Part shown: piece after piece, positions 38,581 through 48,103 of the stretch
Layout: every line of letters begins with the position of its first letter
How positions within the stretch are numbered: position 1 is the first letter of the stretch
Translations under genes and position numbers: made by a program
The notes under the pieces: model-generated
What the model was told of the DNA's origin: nothing
Database searches by the model: none
Seen by the model: the letters and a program-made list of their open reading frames with translations, nothing else
Origin: Dehalococcoidia bacterium
Lineage (GTDB): Bacteria > Chloroflexota > Dehalococcoidia > Lucifugimonadales > UBA2985
DNA: 64,000 nucleotides
Direction of reading: 5' to 3'
Assembly: GCA_015661155.1 (NCBI GenBank)
Contig: JACVQK010000004.1
Span: 9,243 to 73,242 of the forward strand

Positions 38581-40632
38581 TCATGGCGTTCCCCTGGTGA
38601 CGGCATCGATGGAGGACTCGGCCTCATCCCCGATCCTGGAGGCGTACCCGATGGCCAGCTTCCCCTGGGGCCAGAGGGCCACCAGCAGCCCTATCAGGAT
38701 GACGGGGCCAGCCACCCATATCCACACCACCATGGGATTGACGTAGATTCGGAAGACGACCCGCCCGTCCTCCAGGAGCTCGCCGGGGATGATGTAGAGG
38801 TCGTCTATGGGAGTGGAGCGAATGGCCGCCAGGGTGGAGTACTGCTTGAAGCTGGGGTAGTAGTCCCGCCGGGGGTAGTAGGTCCCCAGGAAGCTGTCCC
38901 CACGGTACGCCTCTACCGTCGCGATCATCCTGGACCTGTCCGCCCTCTCCACTATGGAGGAGGAGGCGAGCTTGACGGTGTATTCTCCCACCTGGGTGCT
39001 CTCTCCCGAAGCGAGAGCCACATCCCTCTGGACATCATAGAAGGAGGAGCCGACGACGCCCAGGGCCATCAACACCACCCCCAGGTGAACGATGTACCCG
39101 CCGTAGCGAGGGCGGTTGCCAGCGATGAGCCTTGCCAAGGCCAGGGGATATCCCTCGCCCCGCCTGTGCCTGGAGCGGGTCCCTCGTATCCACTCCCGAA
39201 GTATCCCGGAGACCACCAGGGTGCAAATGGCAAAGGCGACCAGGACGTAGGGTTTGTTCACCCCCACCAGTATCATGAGAGAGGCTACAGCCAGGGCCGC
39301 CGCGGAGGGCACCAGGAGCGTCCCCCTCAAGCTCCTCCAAGAGGCGCGTCGCCAGGGCAAGAAAGGGGCTATCCCCATGAGAAAAATGAGGGCCAGAAAG
39401 AGGTGGCCGTTCACCTGATTGTAGAAGGGCGCTCCCACGGTGATGGTCTCCCCCCGGAATATGTCTGTAATGAGAGGGTATATCACCCCCCAAAAGGTCG
39501 TGAAGGCTATGGTCAGGAGGAGCAGGTTGTTGACCAGGAAAGCCGCCTCCCGGGAGAGGGGCGACTCCAGGGACTGCGTGCTTTTAAGAGCGCTGTAACG
39601 TGTAAAGAGGACCACCAGGGAGAAAAGCATGGTTGTGCCCATGAACGCCAGGAAGACCCACCCCAGAGGGGACTGGCCGAAGGAGTGGACCGAGACGGAG
39701 GGCCCTCCCCGGTTTATGAACATCCCAAACTGGGCCAGGACGAAGGCTATGATGATCAGGGCCAGGTTCCACGTGCGAAACATCCCCCGGCGTCTCTGCA
39801 CTCCGAGGGAGTGGACGAAAGCGGTAAGGACAAGCCAGGGCATCAGGCCAACGCTCTCGATGGGGTCCCATCCCCAGTAGCCACCCCACCCCAGGATGGT
39901 GTAGGCCCACCAAGCCCCCAGCAGGTTCCCCGCGCCCAGCACGACCCAGGCGATGAGCCCCCATCTACGCCCGGCATCTACCCACTCATCCCCCGTTTTC
40001 CCCGAGAGCAGGGCGCCCAGGGCAAAGGCAAAGGGGACCGCAATGGCGATGTGCCCCATCATCTGCAGCGGCGGGTGAAGGAACATGCCGAAGTGGGTCA
40101 GCAGGGGGTTGATGCCCTGGCCGTCGGCTGGCACAAAGTCAAGGCGGGTGAAGGGACTGGCCATAAAAACCGTTATCGCCACGAAGAAGACCAGCACCGC
40201 CATGAGGACGGCGTTGATGTAGGGCATGCTCGGACGGAGGACTCTGGGCGCAAAGTAGACAGCCAATGCCGCCATGATGGACAGGGACAGGGCGATGAAT
40301 AGGAGGGAACCCTCGTTACCAGCGTAGAAGGCCACCCAGATATACTGGACGTCCATGGCACGGTTGCTGTGGGCCGCCACGTACTCCACCTGGAAGTCCC
40401 TGGTCACAAAGGCCCCCACAAGACCTGCCGTGGCCATCCCCAAAGCCAGGGGAGCGAGATAGGTGGCGTTGCGGGCGCTCTGGATCAGCTGCGGGGCCCT
40501 CTTCCAAACCCCCAGAAGAGACCCCGCGGCGGAGTACGAGGCCAGGACCAGGGCCAGGAGCAGGGAGATGGAACCCAGATCGGCCACGCTACTCTGCCCT
40601 CCTATCGGACTCTTTCTTCTCAGGGCGATCAC
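38581..40632 (-). CDS. ccmF: Cytochrome c-type biogenesis protein CcmF (heme lyase)
   Basis: WGGYWGWDPIE (WWD motif) in a polytopic protein. The true start may be GTG 40587, just after the ccmH stop. Confidence 0.9.
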   Translation of the reverse strand: MIALRRKSPIGGQSSVADLGSISLLLALVLASYSAAGSLLGVWKRAPQLIQSARNATYLAPLALGMATAGLVGAFVTRDFQVEYVAAHSNRAMDVQYIWVAFYAGNEGSLLFIALSLSIMAALAVYFAPRVLRPSMPYINAVLMAVLVFFVAITVFMASPFTRLDFVPADGQGINPLLTHFGMFLHPPLQMMGHIAIAVPFAFALGALLSGKTGDEWVDAGRRWGLIAWVVLGAGNLLGAWWAYTILGWGGYWGWDPIESVGLMPWLVLTAFVHSLGVQRRRGMFRTWNLALIIIAFVLAQFGMFINRGGPSVSVHSFGQSPLGWVFLAFMGTTMLFSLVVLFTRYSALKSTQSLESPLSREAAFLVNNLLLLTIAFTTFWGVIYPLITDIFRGETITVGAPFYNQVNGHLFLALIFLMGIAPFLPWRRASWRSLRGTLLVPSAAALAVASLMILVGVNKPYVLVAFAICTLVVSGILREWIRGTRSRHRRGEGYPLALARLIAGNRPRYGGYIVHLGVVLMALGVVGSSFYDVQRDVALASGESTQVGEYTVKLASSSIVERADRSRMIATVEAYRGDSFLGTYYPRRDYYPSFKQYSTLAAIRSTPIDDLYIIPGELLEDGRVVFRIYVNPMVVWIWVAGPVILIGLLVALWPQGKLAIGYASRIGDEAESSIDAVTRGTP

Positions 40633-41140
40633 CCGGGGGAATCAGACGCGCAATCTCCCGGTCCACCCGGGTGAGATAAGGCTCCAGCTCCGCCTCGGCC
40701 AGGGGTTCCTCGACCGGGACGTTCTCATGGGACGGCCGCCGCATCCCCCGCACAACCATCACCAGAATCACGCCTCCCAACACCAGGGCCACCGGAGGAA
40801 CTACCCAGACCAGGAGGTTGAAGCCGCGCTTGGGAGGCTCCGCCAGGACTGACGGGCCATACTTGTCCACGAAGAACTGGAGGATTTCCTCCCGGGACTC
40901 CCCCTGGGCCAGCTTCTCCCGGACGATGGTCTGCATCTGCTTGGCCAGGGTCGCCTGGGACTGGTCGATGGTCTCGCCGGGGCAGATGGGACACATGAGG
41001 CTCTTATCTATCCCCTGGGCCTTCTCCTCCAACTCATAGGCAGAGAGGGCCTTTGAGGTGGAGCTACACCCCCCCACGAGAAGCAAAATCGCGATAAAAA
41101 GGAGGAGAACCCCAGGCCCCAATCCTCTAGCTCTTACCAT
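40589..41140 (-). CDS. ccmH: Cytochrome c-type biogenesis protein CcmH/NrfF family
   Basis: LMCPICPGETIDQSQATLA..REEILQFFVDKYGPSVL plus a TM segment. The tracked ORF's N-terminus runs into repeat A4, so ATG 41140 was chosen. Confidence 0.8.
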   Translation of the reverse strand: MVRARGLGPGVLLLFIAILLLVGGCSSTSKALSAYELEEKAQGIDKSLMCPICPGETIDQSQATLAKQMQTIVREKLAQGESREEILQFFVDKYGPSVLAEPPKRGFNLLVWVVPPVALVLGGVILVMVVRGMRRPSHENVPVEEPLAEAELEPYLTRVDREIARLIPPGDRPEKKESDRRAE

Positions 41141-41171
41141 GACCACCGACGCTTCACCGTCCATCTTTCGG

Positions 41172-41275
41172 GCAGGGCGAGCCCTGCACCCACACTCTTC
41201 AGACGCATTCATGGGCAGGCTGAACTCAGGGTCTGTGATATGTGGATCTGGGCTAAGCCCAGTGGGGGACACCCC
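41172..41275 (+). repeat. Family A repeat, copy A4 (M2 subtype b plus partial M3)
   Basis: Closest to 52680..52833. Confidence 0.85.
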
Positions 41276-41436
41276 TTTTCCCGCAGCCTGCTATAGCTCA
41301 ACCCTTACAACTACTGGCCTTGAAGCTCTCGGACATAGTATACCAGCATACCCAGCTCCTCGTCCAACATGAGCTTCTTGAAGGTGGGCATGGCGGAGGG
41401 TGACTCAACGACTGCCAGGAGTTGCACTCCACCCGC

Positions 41437-43170
41437 CTACCGCCTTCCGAACTCCCGCTCCAGGTGGCTGGCGCTGATGTGAACCATGGTGGGGCGACCG
41501 TGGGGACACGTGTGGGGCTGGTCGGTGGCCGAAAGCTGTGCCAGAAGGTGCGCCATCTCTTCCTGGGTCAGGCTCTTTCCTGCCCGCACCGCGGAGTGGC
41601 AGGCTATGGAGCTTGCCAGAGCCTCCTCCCAGTCGCCGGTGCCCTTCCCCTGTCCCACCTCCTCCAGAATGGACATGAAGGTCTCCCCGGGGTCGGCGTC
41701 CTTGAAGATGACGGGAAGGGCACGGAGCAGGTATGAGTGAGGGCCAAAGGTCTCCAGGTCGAAGCCGTACCTCGACCACTCCTCACCATGGGCCGCCAGG
41801 GCCTCTTCCAGGGAGGGAGGCAGCTCCACCACCGCCGGCTCCAGCAGGCCCTGCACCTGAGGGGCGCGGTCTCTGAACTCTCCCCGCACCCTCTCGTAAA
41901 GCACCCGCTCATGGGCGGCGTGCTGGTCCACCAGGTACACCCCTCCTGGCCCCTCCGCCACTATGTAGAGGTTCTGCACCTGGCCCAACACCCTCAGGGA
42001 TGACGCGACCTCCCCGGGGGTAGAGGCGCTCCTCCCCCCCTCCTCAGAGACAGACCGGGACAGGGATGGCTGAGAGGGCACACCCTGAAGGGACAGCGTC
42101 CCGACTTCAGTCGGGACAGGGGCCGGCCAGGAAGGGGCGAGGCCGGAGCGCACCGTGGGCACGGGGGCACGGGCCACCAGGGCGCTCCTGACGGCGCGCT
42201 GGAGGGCTGAGAAGACCTCGCTCTCCTGGTGGAAGCGCACCTCCAGCTTGGCGGGATGCACGTTCACATCCACCTCCCGTGGGGGAACCGTGAGGTGAAT
42301 CACCGCCAGGGGATGTCGGCGTTCCATCAAAAAACCCTGATACGCCTCCTCCAAGGCGTAGGCCAGGGTGCGGCTCTGAATCCACCGGCGATTCATGAAG
42401 AGGTGAAGGTAGGCGCGGCTGGCGCGACTCATGTCCGGGGGACTTACCAGGCCATAGACCCCTATAGAGCCAGCGCCCTCCCCGGAAACGCCTGGGGTTG
42501 CTACTTCCAGCAAGGCCCGGGCCGTCTTTGGCCCGTAGATGGTGGAGCAGGCATCTCTCAGGTTGCCTCCTCCGGATGAGGCGAAGGCGGCGCGGCCGTC
42601 TATTGCCAGGTGGAACCTGACGTGAGGGAAGGCGAGGGCAAACTGTTGAATCATGGTCTGCACCCGAGACGCCTCCGCGGCGGGGGACTTGAGGAACTTG
42701 AGGCGGGCGGGCACGCTCTGGAAGAGGCGCCGGACACTTACCGAGGTGCCGGGAGGGCTGCCCTGGGGTACGCTACGGATGACCTGGCCCTCCGCGACCT
42801 CCACCAGAGTGCCAACGGCCTCCTGGGGCGGTCGGGTGAGAAGGGCGACGGCAGAGACGGCGGCGATGCTGGGCAGCGCCTCGCCCCGAAAGCCCAGGGT
42901 GGTGATGCAGTCCAGGTCCTCGGCGGAGGCGATCTTGCCGGTGGCGAAACGGTGGAAGGCCAGCTCGGCCTCTTCAGCAGGGATGCCGCAGCCGTTGTCC
43001 ACCACCCGGATCATCTCCAGCCCTCCACCCATTATCTCCACGGAGATGGAGGTGGCGTCGGCGTCCAGCCCGTTCTCCACCAGCTCCTTGACCACCGAGG
43101 CTGGCCTCTCCACCACCTCTCCCGCGGCGATCTGGGCGGCCAGCTGGGGGGCGAGGACCCGAATGGGCAT
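41437..43170 (-). CDS. mutL: DNA mismatch repair protein MutL
   Basis: IAAGEVVERPASVVKELVENGLDA..DNGCGI.. N-terminal GHKL motifs. Confidence 0.95.
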   Translation of the reverse strand: MPIRVLAPQLAAQIAAGEVVERPASVVKELVENGLDADATSISVEIMGGGLEMIRVVDNGCGIPAEEAELAFHRFATGKIASAEDLDCITTLGFRGEALPSIAAVSAVALLTRPPQEAVGTLVEVAEGQVIRSVPQGSPPGTSVSVRRLFQSVPARLKFLKSPAAEASRVQTMIQQFALAFPHVRFHLAIDGRAAFASSGGGNLRDACSTIYGPKTARALLEVATPGVSGEGAGSIGVYGLVSPPDMSRASRAYLHLFMNRRWIQSRTLAYALEEAYQGFLMERRHPLAVIHLTVPPREVDVNVHPAKLEVRFHQESEVFSALQRAVRSALVARAPVPTVRSGLAPSWPAPVPTEVGTLSLQGVPSQPSLSRSVSEEGGRSASTPGEVASSLRVLGQVQNLYIVAEGPGGVYLVDQHAAHERVLYERVRGEFRDRAPQVQGLLEPAVVELPPSLEEALAAHGEEWSRYGFDLETFGPHSYLLRALPVIFKDADPGETFMSILEEVGQGKGTGDWEEALASSIACHSAVRAGKSLTQEEMAHLLAQLSATDQPHTCPHGRPTMVHISASHLEREFGRR

Positions 43171-43179
43171 GGCGGCCGG

Positions 43180-43614
43180 CTACGCTGGCCCTGGGAAGAG
43201 GGCCTCTTGGGAGCTGTTCGTGGGGTGATGACCGTTCGGGCTGAGAGAGGAGAGTATCTGATAGACCTTCTTCATCTCCGAGTCCGTCGCGTCCTCCTGC
43301 ACGTAGGGCCTGACCTTGATGCCGCCCAGGGCTTTCACTATGTCCAGGTAGTCGTCCACCACCAGGTCTGGCCTGGGGGTGATGCCCATTCCCTCCAGCC
43401 TGCTCTGGTAGTCGAACAGGGGCTTGTGAAAGCACCCGGTGACGTAGGACTCCAGGCCGTGCATTTTCACCTCGCCCCAGCGTATGCCTGTGCCTGACCA
43501 CACGTAGAGGGCATGGCCGTCGCCGGTGAGCCGCTGGAACAGCTCTTTGACCCCGGGGCGGAGCCTCCCGTTCCAGGCAAGGATGGTGTAGTCGCAGTCG
43601 ATGAAGATGTTCAT
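43180..43614 (-). CDS. HAD-superfamily-like small hydrolase
   Basis: MNIFIDCDYTI (DxDxT) motif, 144 aa. Confidence 0.55.
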   Translation of the reverse strand: MNIFIDCDYTILAWNGRLRPGVKELFQRLTGDGHALYVWSGTGIRWGEVKMHGLESYVTGCFHKPLFDYQSRLEGMGITPRPDLVVDDYLDIVKALGGIKVRPYVQEDATDSEMKKVYQILSSLSPNGHHPTNSSQEALFPGPA

Positions 43615-44010
43615 GGGTTGCTACGCGAAGAGGGCACGGGCATTATAAGGGGCGGGCGTCAGGGGGGCAAGCCCATTCCTGCAAGGGGAGGCCCTTTGCC
43701 TATGGGGGTGCAGGTGAGAAAAGCCCGGCCCTTTAGCTACAGCCTACAGGGGGTTGCCAGGACGGGTCGTATATGGCGGCCACGGCCATATCCTCGCCGC
43801 CTCAGTAGTCGGCAAGACGGCGAAGGGCCATGATGTCGGAGGCGGAGAGGCCCGGGCGCTTTACGGCGGCGTGGATGGGCACGGAGTCGTTCAGGGAGTT
43901 TATCCAGGAAAGGGACCTTTGAACAAGAGATAGCTTCATGTTGGATGTACCTGCCATTATTGTACCACCCCCCTCCCTGTCGTGTCACCTCTCTGCGCGG
44001 CCTGATTCTG

Positions 44011-44127
44011 TTTGCTTTCCAGGGGCAAGAGGCCAACGAGCCGAAGCTGGCTACCCTGGACCACCGCCACTTCCACGTTCTCCGGCCCCGCCATGTGGAC
44101 GCGCTGCGGCTCCTTCCAGAAGAGTAG
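44011..44127 (+). pseudogene. PIN-domain (VapC-like) C-terminal fragment
   Basis: ..KLATLDHRHFHVLRPRHVDALRLLPEE resembles the xLxTxDxxHF...LLP end of VapC toxins. No N-terminal PIN part lies upstream. Confidence 0.4.
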
Positions 44128-44336
44128 GAGTGAGGAGCGGCTTGAGGCGTGCGAGAGGGAGGCAAGGGTTGGTTTTCTCGACCGAAATGCAGGAGAGGAG
44201 ACCCAACGGACAGTACCCTCTTCCGAGGCTGTTCGAATTCCGTTTGGTGGGCCATCGCATACAGAAACCAGAACTCAGCCCGTCTTTGAGATCAGGCTCT
44301 CCTTACCAGCGTAGGCCAGCACTCGCGGCCAAGGTA

Positions 44337-44756
44337 CTATTCGACTGAAAGCTGTGGGTTCCATACCACTTCCCACAAGTGATCGTCAGGGTCCTGGAAA
44401 TAACCGGCATAGCCTCCCCAAAAGGTACTTTCGGCAGGCTTGATTATCTTTGCACCCGCCTGTCTTGCTTGTTCCATAACCGAGTCAACTTCTTCTCTGG
44501 TCGCTACGTTATGGCCGATGGTAAATTCAGTGGGACTGGGAGCGGTTTTGGAAATGTTCACGTCGTACGCAATGTGATCGCGAAGCCAGATAGCGAGCTT
44601 CAATCCAGACTGCAAATCGAAAAAGGCAACGGCCCCATGTTCAAACTCTTGGCCAACAATTCCTTCGGTTGGAAATCCTAGTCCATCACGGTAAAAGGCC
44701 AGAGAACGTTCCAGGTCGTTAACGCCGAGAGTGATGACTGTAATCCGTGGTTTCAT
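44337..44756 (-). CDS. VOC (glyoxalase/bleomycin-resistance) family protein
   Basis: MKPRITVITLGVNDLERSLAFYRDGLGF..FQDPDDHLWEVVWNP. ATG 44756 follows GGGAGAGAG. The region is visibly more AT-rich than its surroundings. Confidence 0.8.
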   Translation of the reverse strand: MKPRITVITLGVNDLERSLAFYRDGLGFPTEGIVGQEFEHGAVAFFDLQSGLKLAIWLRDHIAYDVNISKTAPSPTEFTIGHNVATREEVDSVMEQARQAGAKIIKPAESTFWGGYAGYFQDPDDHLWEVVWNPQLSVE

Positions 44757-44884
44757 GCTTGCTCTCTCCCAAACCCAGAGGTATCTTGTCTCCGGGAGCG
44801 TATGGAAAACCCTTCGACCGAACACGTCTAGAATTATCTCCTACCCTTAAAACCACTTGCATTGGTTTCACGAACGCTTGCAAG

Positions 44885-44950
44885 GTGGGCTGTCAGGGAT
44901 TCGAACCATTGCCCTTTGGTAGGCGATTTGTACCGTTGTCTCAGTCCCTT
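44885..44950 (-). other. Degenerate tRNA-like remnant (GGTTCGAATCCC T-loop, ACAGCCC-A-CC acceptor-like end)
   Basis: The T-loop and 3' end are readable on the minus strand. The T-stem has mismatches, and there is no D-arm or valid anticodon loop. Confidence 0.2.
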
Positions 44951-44960
44951 CTCTAAGTCT

Positions 44961-45027
44961 CCCTCCCCTCCCCCGCCTCCTGCTGTAGCTGGTACAGCCG
45001 GTTGATGGCCTCCAGGGGGGTCATGGA
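44961..45027. repeat. Direct repeat copy A of the mutS 3' end (67 bp, 1 mismatch)
   Basis: CCCTCCCCTCCCC(G/T)GCCTCCTGCTGTAGCTGGTACAGCCGGTTGATGGCCTCCAGGGGGGTCATGGA is present at 44961..45027 and 45271..45337. Confidence 0.95.
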
Positions 45028-45032
45028 AGCTA

Positions 45033-45260
45033 TCACGCCGTGGCGAACTGTCGGACGTCCACCTGGACACCTGCCTGTTCCGCTTCGTCCGCAGCAATGC
45101 GGAGAGATTTCGTGGTCTCTTCATCCACGTACTCTTCCCCGCAGTTGCCGCAGATGAGGGCTGGTACACCCTTTACTACCAGGGTCATGTTCTCCCGCGT
45201 CAGCAGGACATCTGTCTTTCCGGGACGAGTCTCGCCGTGCCTGCAAATGGTACATTTCAC
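45033..45260 (-). CDS. YgiT-type zinc-finger protein (MqsA N-terminal-domain-like)
   Basis: VKCTICRHGETRPGKTDVLLTRENMTLVVKGVPALICGNCGEEYVDEETT... GTG 45260 follows GGGGAA. The tracked 208-aa ORF is an artefactual extension antisense to mutS. Confidence 0.7.
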   Translation of the reverse strand: MKCTICRHGETRPGKTDVLLTRENMTLVVKGVPALICGNCGEEYVDEETTKSLRIAADEAEQAGVQVDVRQFATA

Positions 45261-45265
45261 TTCCC

Positions 45266-47812
45266 CTACTCCCTCCCCTCCCCTGCCTCCTGCTGTAGCT
45301 GGTACAGCCGGTTGATGGCCTCCAGGGGGGTCATGGAGGAGACGTCCATCTCCAGCAGGGCTTCTATCACCGGGTGAGGGAGGGTGAACAGGGGGCGCTG
45401 CCGGGGAGCCGACGGCACGCCCTCTCCCTCCAGCTCGGAGAGGAGCTCCCAGGCCCGTGCTATCACCGAGGGCGGCAGGCCCGCAAGCTGCGCCACGTGG
45501 ACGCCGTAGCTCTTGTCGGCCCCTCCCGGCACAATGCGGTGCAGGAACACCACCCGGCCCTCGCTCTCCACCGCGGCCACGCTGAAGTTGCGCACCCTGG
45601 GAAGGGCCTGAGCGAGCTTGGTCAGCTCGTGGTAGTGGGTGGCGAAGAGGGTCTTGCACCCCAGCCTGGGGCTGTTGTGGATGTATTCGGCAGTCGCCCT
45701 GGCGATGGCCAGGCCGTCGTAGGTGCTGGTACCGCGGCCTATCTCGTCCAGGACCACCAGGGAACGCGGCGTGGCGTGGTGCAGGATGTTGGCCGTCTCC
45801 ACCATCTCCACCATGAAGGTGGACTGGCCGGTGAACAGGTCGTCCTGGAGACCGATACGGGTGAAGACCCGATCCACCAGGCCGATGGTGGCGGAGCGGG
45901 CGGGGACGAAGCTCCCTATCTGGGCCATGAGGACGATGAGGGCCACCTGCCGTATGTAGGTGGACTTGCCGGACATGTTGGGGCCCGTGAGGAGGATGAG
46001 CTGGGAGTCCCCGCTGCTCAATAGGGTGTCATTGGGCACAAAGGAGCCTGGGGGCAAGGTTCTCTCCACCACCGGATGCCTTCCCTCTTGGATTTCGATG
46101 GTATCCCCATTGGTGAGACGGGGCCGCACATAGCCGTAGCGGGATGCCCCCTCCGCCAGGGCGGCAAAGACGTCCAGGTGGGCCACGGCGGCGCCAGCGG
46201 AGGCGATGGAACGCCCCGCGTCGGCTATCTGGCGGCACACCTGGCGGAAGAGCGTGCCCTCCAGCTCCTCCGTGCGCTCCTGGGCGTTGAGCAGGATGGA
46301 CTCGTACTCCTTCAGCTCCGGGGTGATGAATCGCTCCCCGCCCACCAGGGTCTGGCGGCGGGTGTAGTCTGGAGGGACCTGCGGGAGGTTGGGATTGCTG
46401 ACCTCGATGTAGTAGCCAAAAACCCGGTTGTAGCCCACCTTGAGGGAGCGAATGCCCGTGCGCTCCTTCTCTCTACGCTCCAGGCCGGCTATGTACTCTC
46501 GACCGCTTCGAGACTTGGCCCTGAGGCCATCCAGCTCCGGGGAGAAGCCCTGCCGGATGACTCCCCCCTCACCCACACTTGCCAGGGGAGAGTCCTCCAG
46601 GGCACTCTCCACCAGCCCGACCACGGCGTCGCACGGGTCCAGGCCCTCTCCCAGCCAGGAGGGGTATCCCTGAGCGCCCTCCACCAGGGCCCTGAGGCGT
46701 CCTACCCCTACCAGTCCCCCCCGGAGGGATATCACCTCCCTGGGGATGGCGGCTCCTGAGGCGATGCGGTTCAGCAGCCTCTCCAGGTCAGGGATAGATT
46801 TGAGGGTGGAGATAATCTCCTCCCGGCGAATCTGGTCTGTGAAGAGGGCCTCCACCGCCTCCTGACGACGCTCCAACTGGGCCAGGTCCAGAAGGGGCTG
46901 TCCCAGCCATCTCTTGAGCAGTCGACCCCCCATGGGGGTGCTGGTAAGGTCCAGGGTAGCCAGAAGGGAGTGGGAGGCGCTACCCCACCTACCTCCCTGG
47001 AACAGCTCCAGATTTCGGCGGGTCTGATGGTCCAGGAACATGAAGGCCCTGGGCGAGTAGGTGTGGAGTCCCGTGAGGCGCTCCAGGGCCTGTTTTTGGG
47101 TTTTGCGCAGGTATGCCACCACGGCTGCCGACGCCTCTATAGCCAGGGGCATCCCCTGGCAGCCATACGCCTCCAGGGTGGCGACGCCGAAGTGCTCCCG
47201 CAGAATCTCCTCCGCCTCCCTGGGGCGGAACAGCGTCTCCTCCAGGGGAGTGACGAAGGGCGCTGAAAGGGAGGAGGGGAGGGGACAGTCGTGAGGATAG
47301 AGCACCTCCGAGGGGCTGAGCCGTGCCAGCTCCAAGGGCAGGTCCGCGAGGGGAATCTGGGTGGTGGCGAACTCGCTGGTAGTTATGTCAACATACGCCA
47401 GGCCCGCCTCCTCCCCTCGCGCCACCACCGCGGCCAGGTAGTTGTTGGAGCCCTGGGCCAGGAGAGAGGGCTCCGTCACCGTGCCGGGGGTCACCACCCG
47501 CACCACCTGCCGCTCCACCAGGCCCCTGGGAGATGGCTCCCCCATCTGCTCGCAGATGGCCACCCGGTAGCCCTTCTTGACCAGACGGGCCAGATAGCTG
47601 TCCAGGGCGTGATACGGTATCCCCGCCAGGGGAATGCTCTGGCCTTTCCCCATCTCCCGGGACGTAAGGACTATCTCCAGCTCCCGAGCGGCTATCCGAG
47701 CATCATCGTCGAAGGTCTCGTAGAAGTCCCCCATGCGGAAGAGAAGGATGGCATCGGGGTGCTCCTGCTTGAGCTTCAAGTATTGCTGCCGGATAGGAGT
47801 CAGGAAGGCCAT
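45266..47812 (-). CDS. mutS: DNA mismatch repair protein MutS
   Basis: ..MGDFYETF.., Walker A GPNMSGKST, ..DEIGRGTSTYDG.., 848 aa. Confidence 0.97.
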   Translation of the reverse strand: MAFLTPIRQQYLKLKQEHPDAILLFRMGDFYETFDDDARIAARELEIVLTSREMGKGQSIPLAGIPYHALDSYLARLVKKGYRVAICEQMGEPSPRGLVERQVVRVVTPGTVTEPSLLAQGSNNYLAAVVARGEEAGLAYVDITTSEFATTQIPLADLPLELARLSPSEVLYPHDCPLPSSLSAPFVTPLEETLFRPREAEEILREHFGVATLEAYGCQGMPLAIEASAAVVAYLRKTQKQALERLTGLHTYSPRAFMFLDHQTRRNLELFQGGRWGSASHSLLATLDLTSTPMGGRLLKRWLGQPLLDLAQLERRQEAVEALFTDQIRREEIISTLKSIPDLERLLNRIASGAAIPREVISLRGGLVGVGRLRALVEGAQGYPSWLGEGLDPCDAVVGLVESALEDSPLASVGEGGVIRQGFSPELDGLRAKSRSGREYIAGLERREKERTGIRSLKVGYNRVFGYYIEVSNPNLPQVPPDYTRRQTLVGGERFITPELKEYESILLNAQERTEELEGTLFRQVCRQIADAGRSIASAGAAVAHLDVFAALAEGASRYGYVRPRLTNGDTIEIQEGRHPVVERTLPPGSFVPNDTLLSSGDSQLILLTGPNMSGKSTYIRQVALIVLMAQIGSFVPARSATIGLVDRVFTRIGLQDDLFTGQSTFMVEMVETANILHHATPRSLVVLDEIGRGTSTYDGLAIARATAEYIHNSPRLGCKTLFATHYHELTKLAQALPRVRNFSVAAVESEGRVVFLHRIVPGGADKSYGVHVAQLAGLPPSVIARAWELLSELEGEGVPSAPRQRPLFTLPHPVIEALLEMDVSSMTPLEAINRLYQLQQEAGEGRE
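45271..45337. repeat. Direct repeat copy B (the functional mutS 3' end)
   Basis: See copy A. It encodes the mutS C-terminus MTPLEAINRLYQLQQEAGEGRE. Confidence 0.95.
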
Positions 47813-47944
47813 GCTTTAAGTCCGTCCTGTAGCCAGGGGTACGGTGCAATTCTACAGGACGCTGAGCACCCTGGCAAAGGCAGATCAGGTACAACGAATT
47901 CCAGGGACTCTCTGCTACTTGAGCTCAGACCGACCCCGCTCACG

Positions 47945-48069
47945 CCCTTCGACAGGCTCAGGGTGAGCAGTATTTATCTCCCCGCTCATGGTGAGCCTAG
48001 TTTACCCTGAGCGAGGCCGAAGGGAACCATATGAGCAGAAGCGTAGGGGCGATTCATGAATCGCCCCTA
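47945..48069. repeat. Family B REP-like hairpin plus two further GC-rich hairpin motifs (CCCTGAGCGAGGCCGAAGGG; TAGGGGCGATTCATGAATCGCCCCTA)
   Basis: The inverted repeats are read directly upstream of mutS. Confidence 0.8.
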
Positions 48070-48103
48070 AAGCGGGCTAGCATTTGGGCCTGTTAGTGGG
48101 GTG

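Noticed and set aside
43802-43939. 45-codon minus-strand ORF (MKLSLVQRSLSWINSLNDSVPIHAAVKRPGLSASDIMALRRLADY) as a possible antitoxin of the PIN fragment.
   Set aside because: It is convergent with, not upstream of, the PIN remnant. It has no recognisable RHH/AbrB/Phd motif and no clear RBS.
45033-45659. 208-aa ORF on the minus strand.
   Set aside because: Only the last 75 codons (from GTG 45260) form the YgiT-type zinc-finger protein. The upstream part is out-of-frame read-through of the mutS 3' region.
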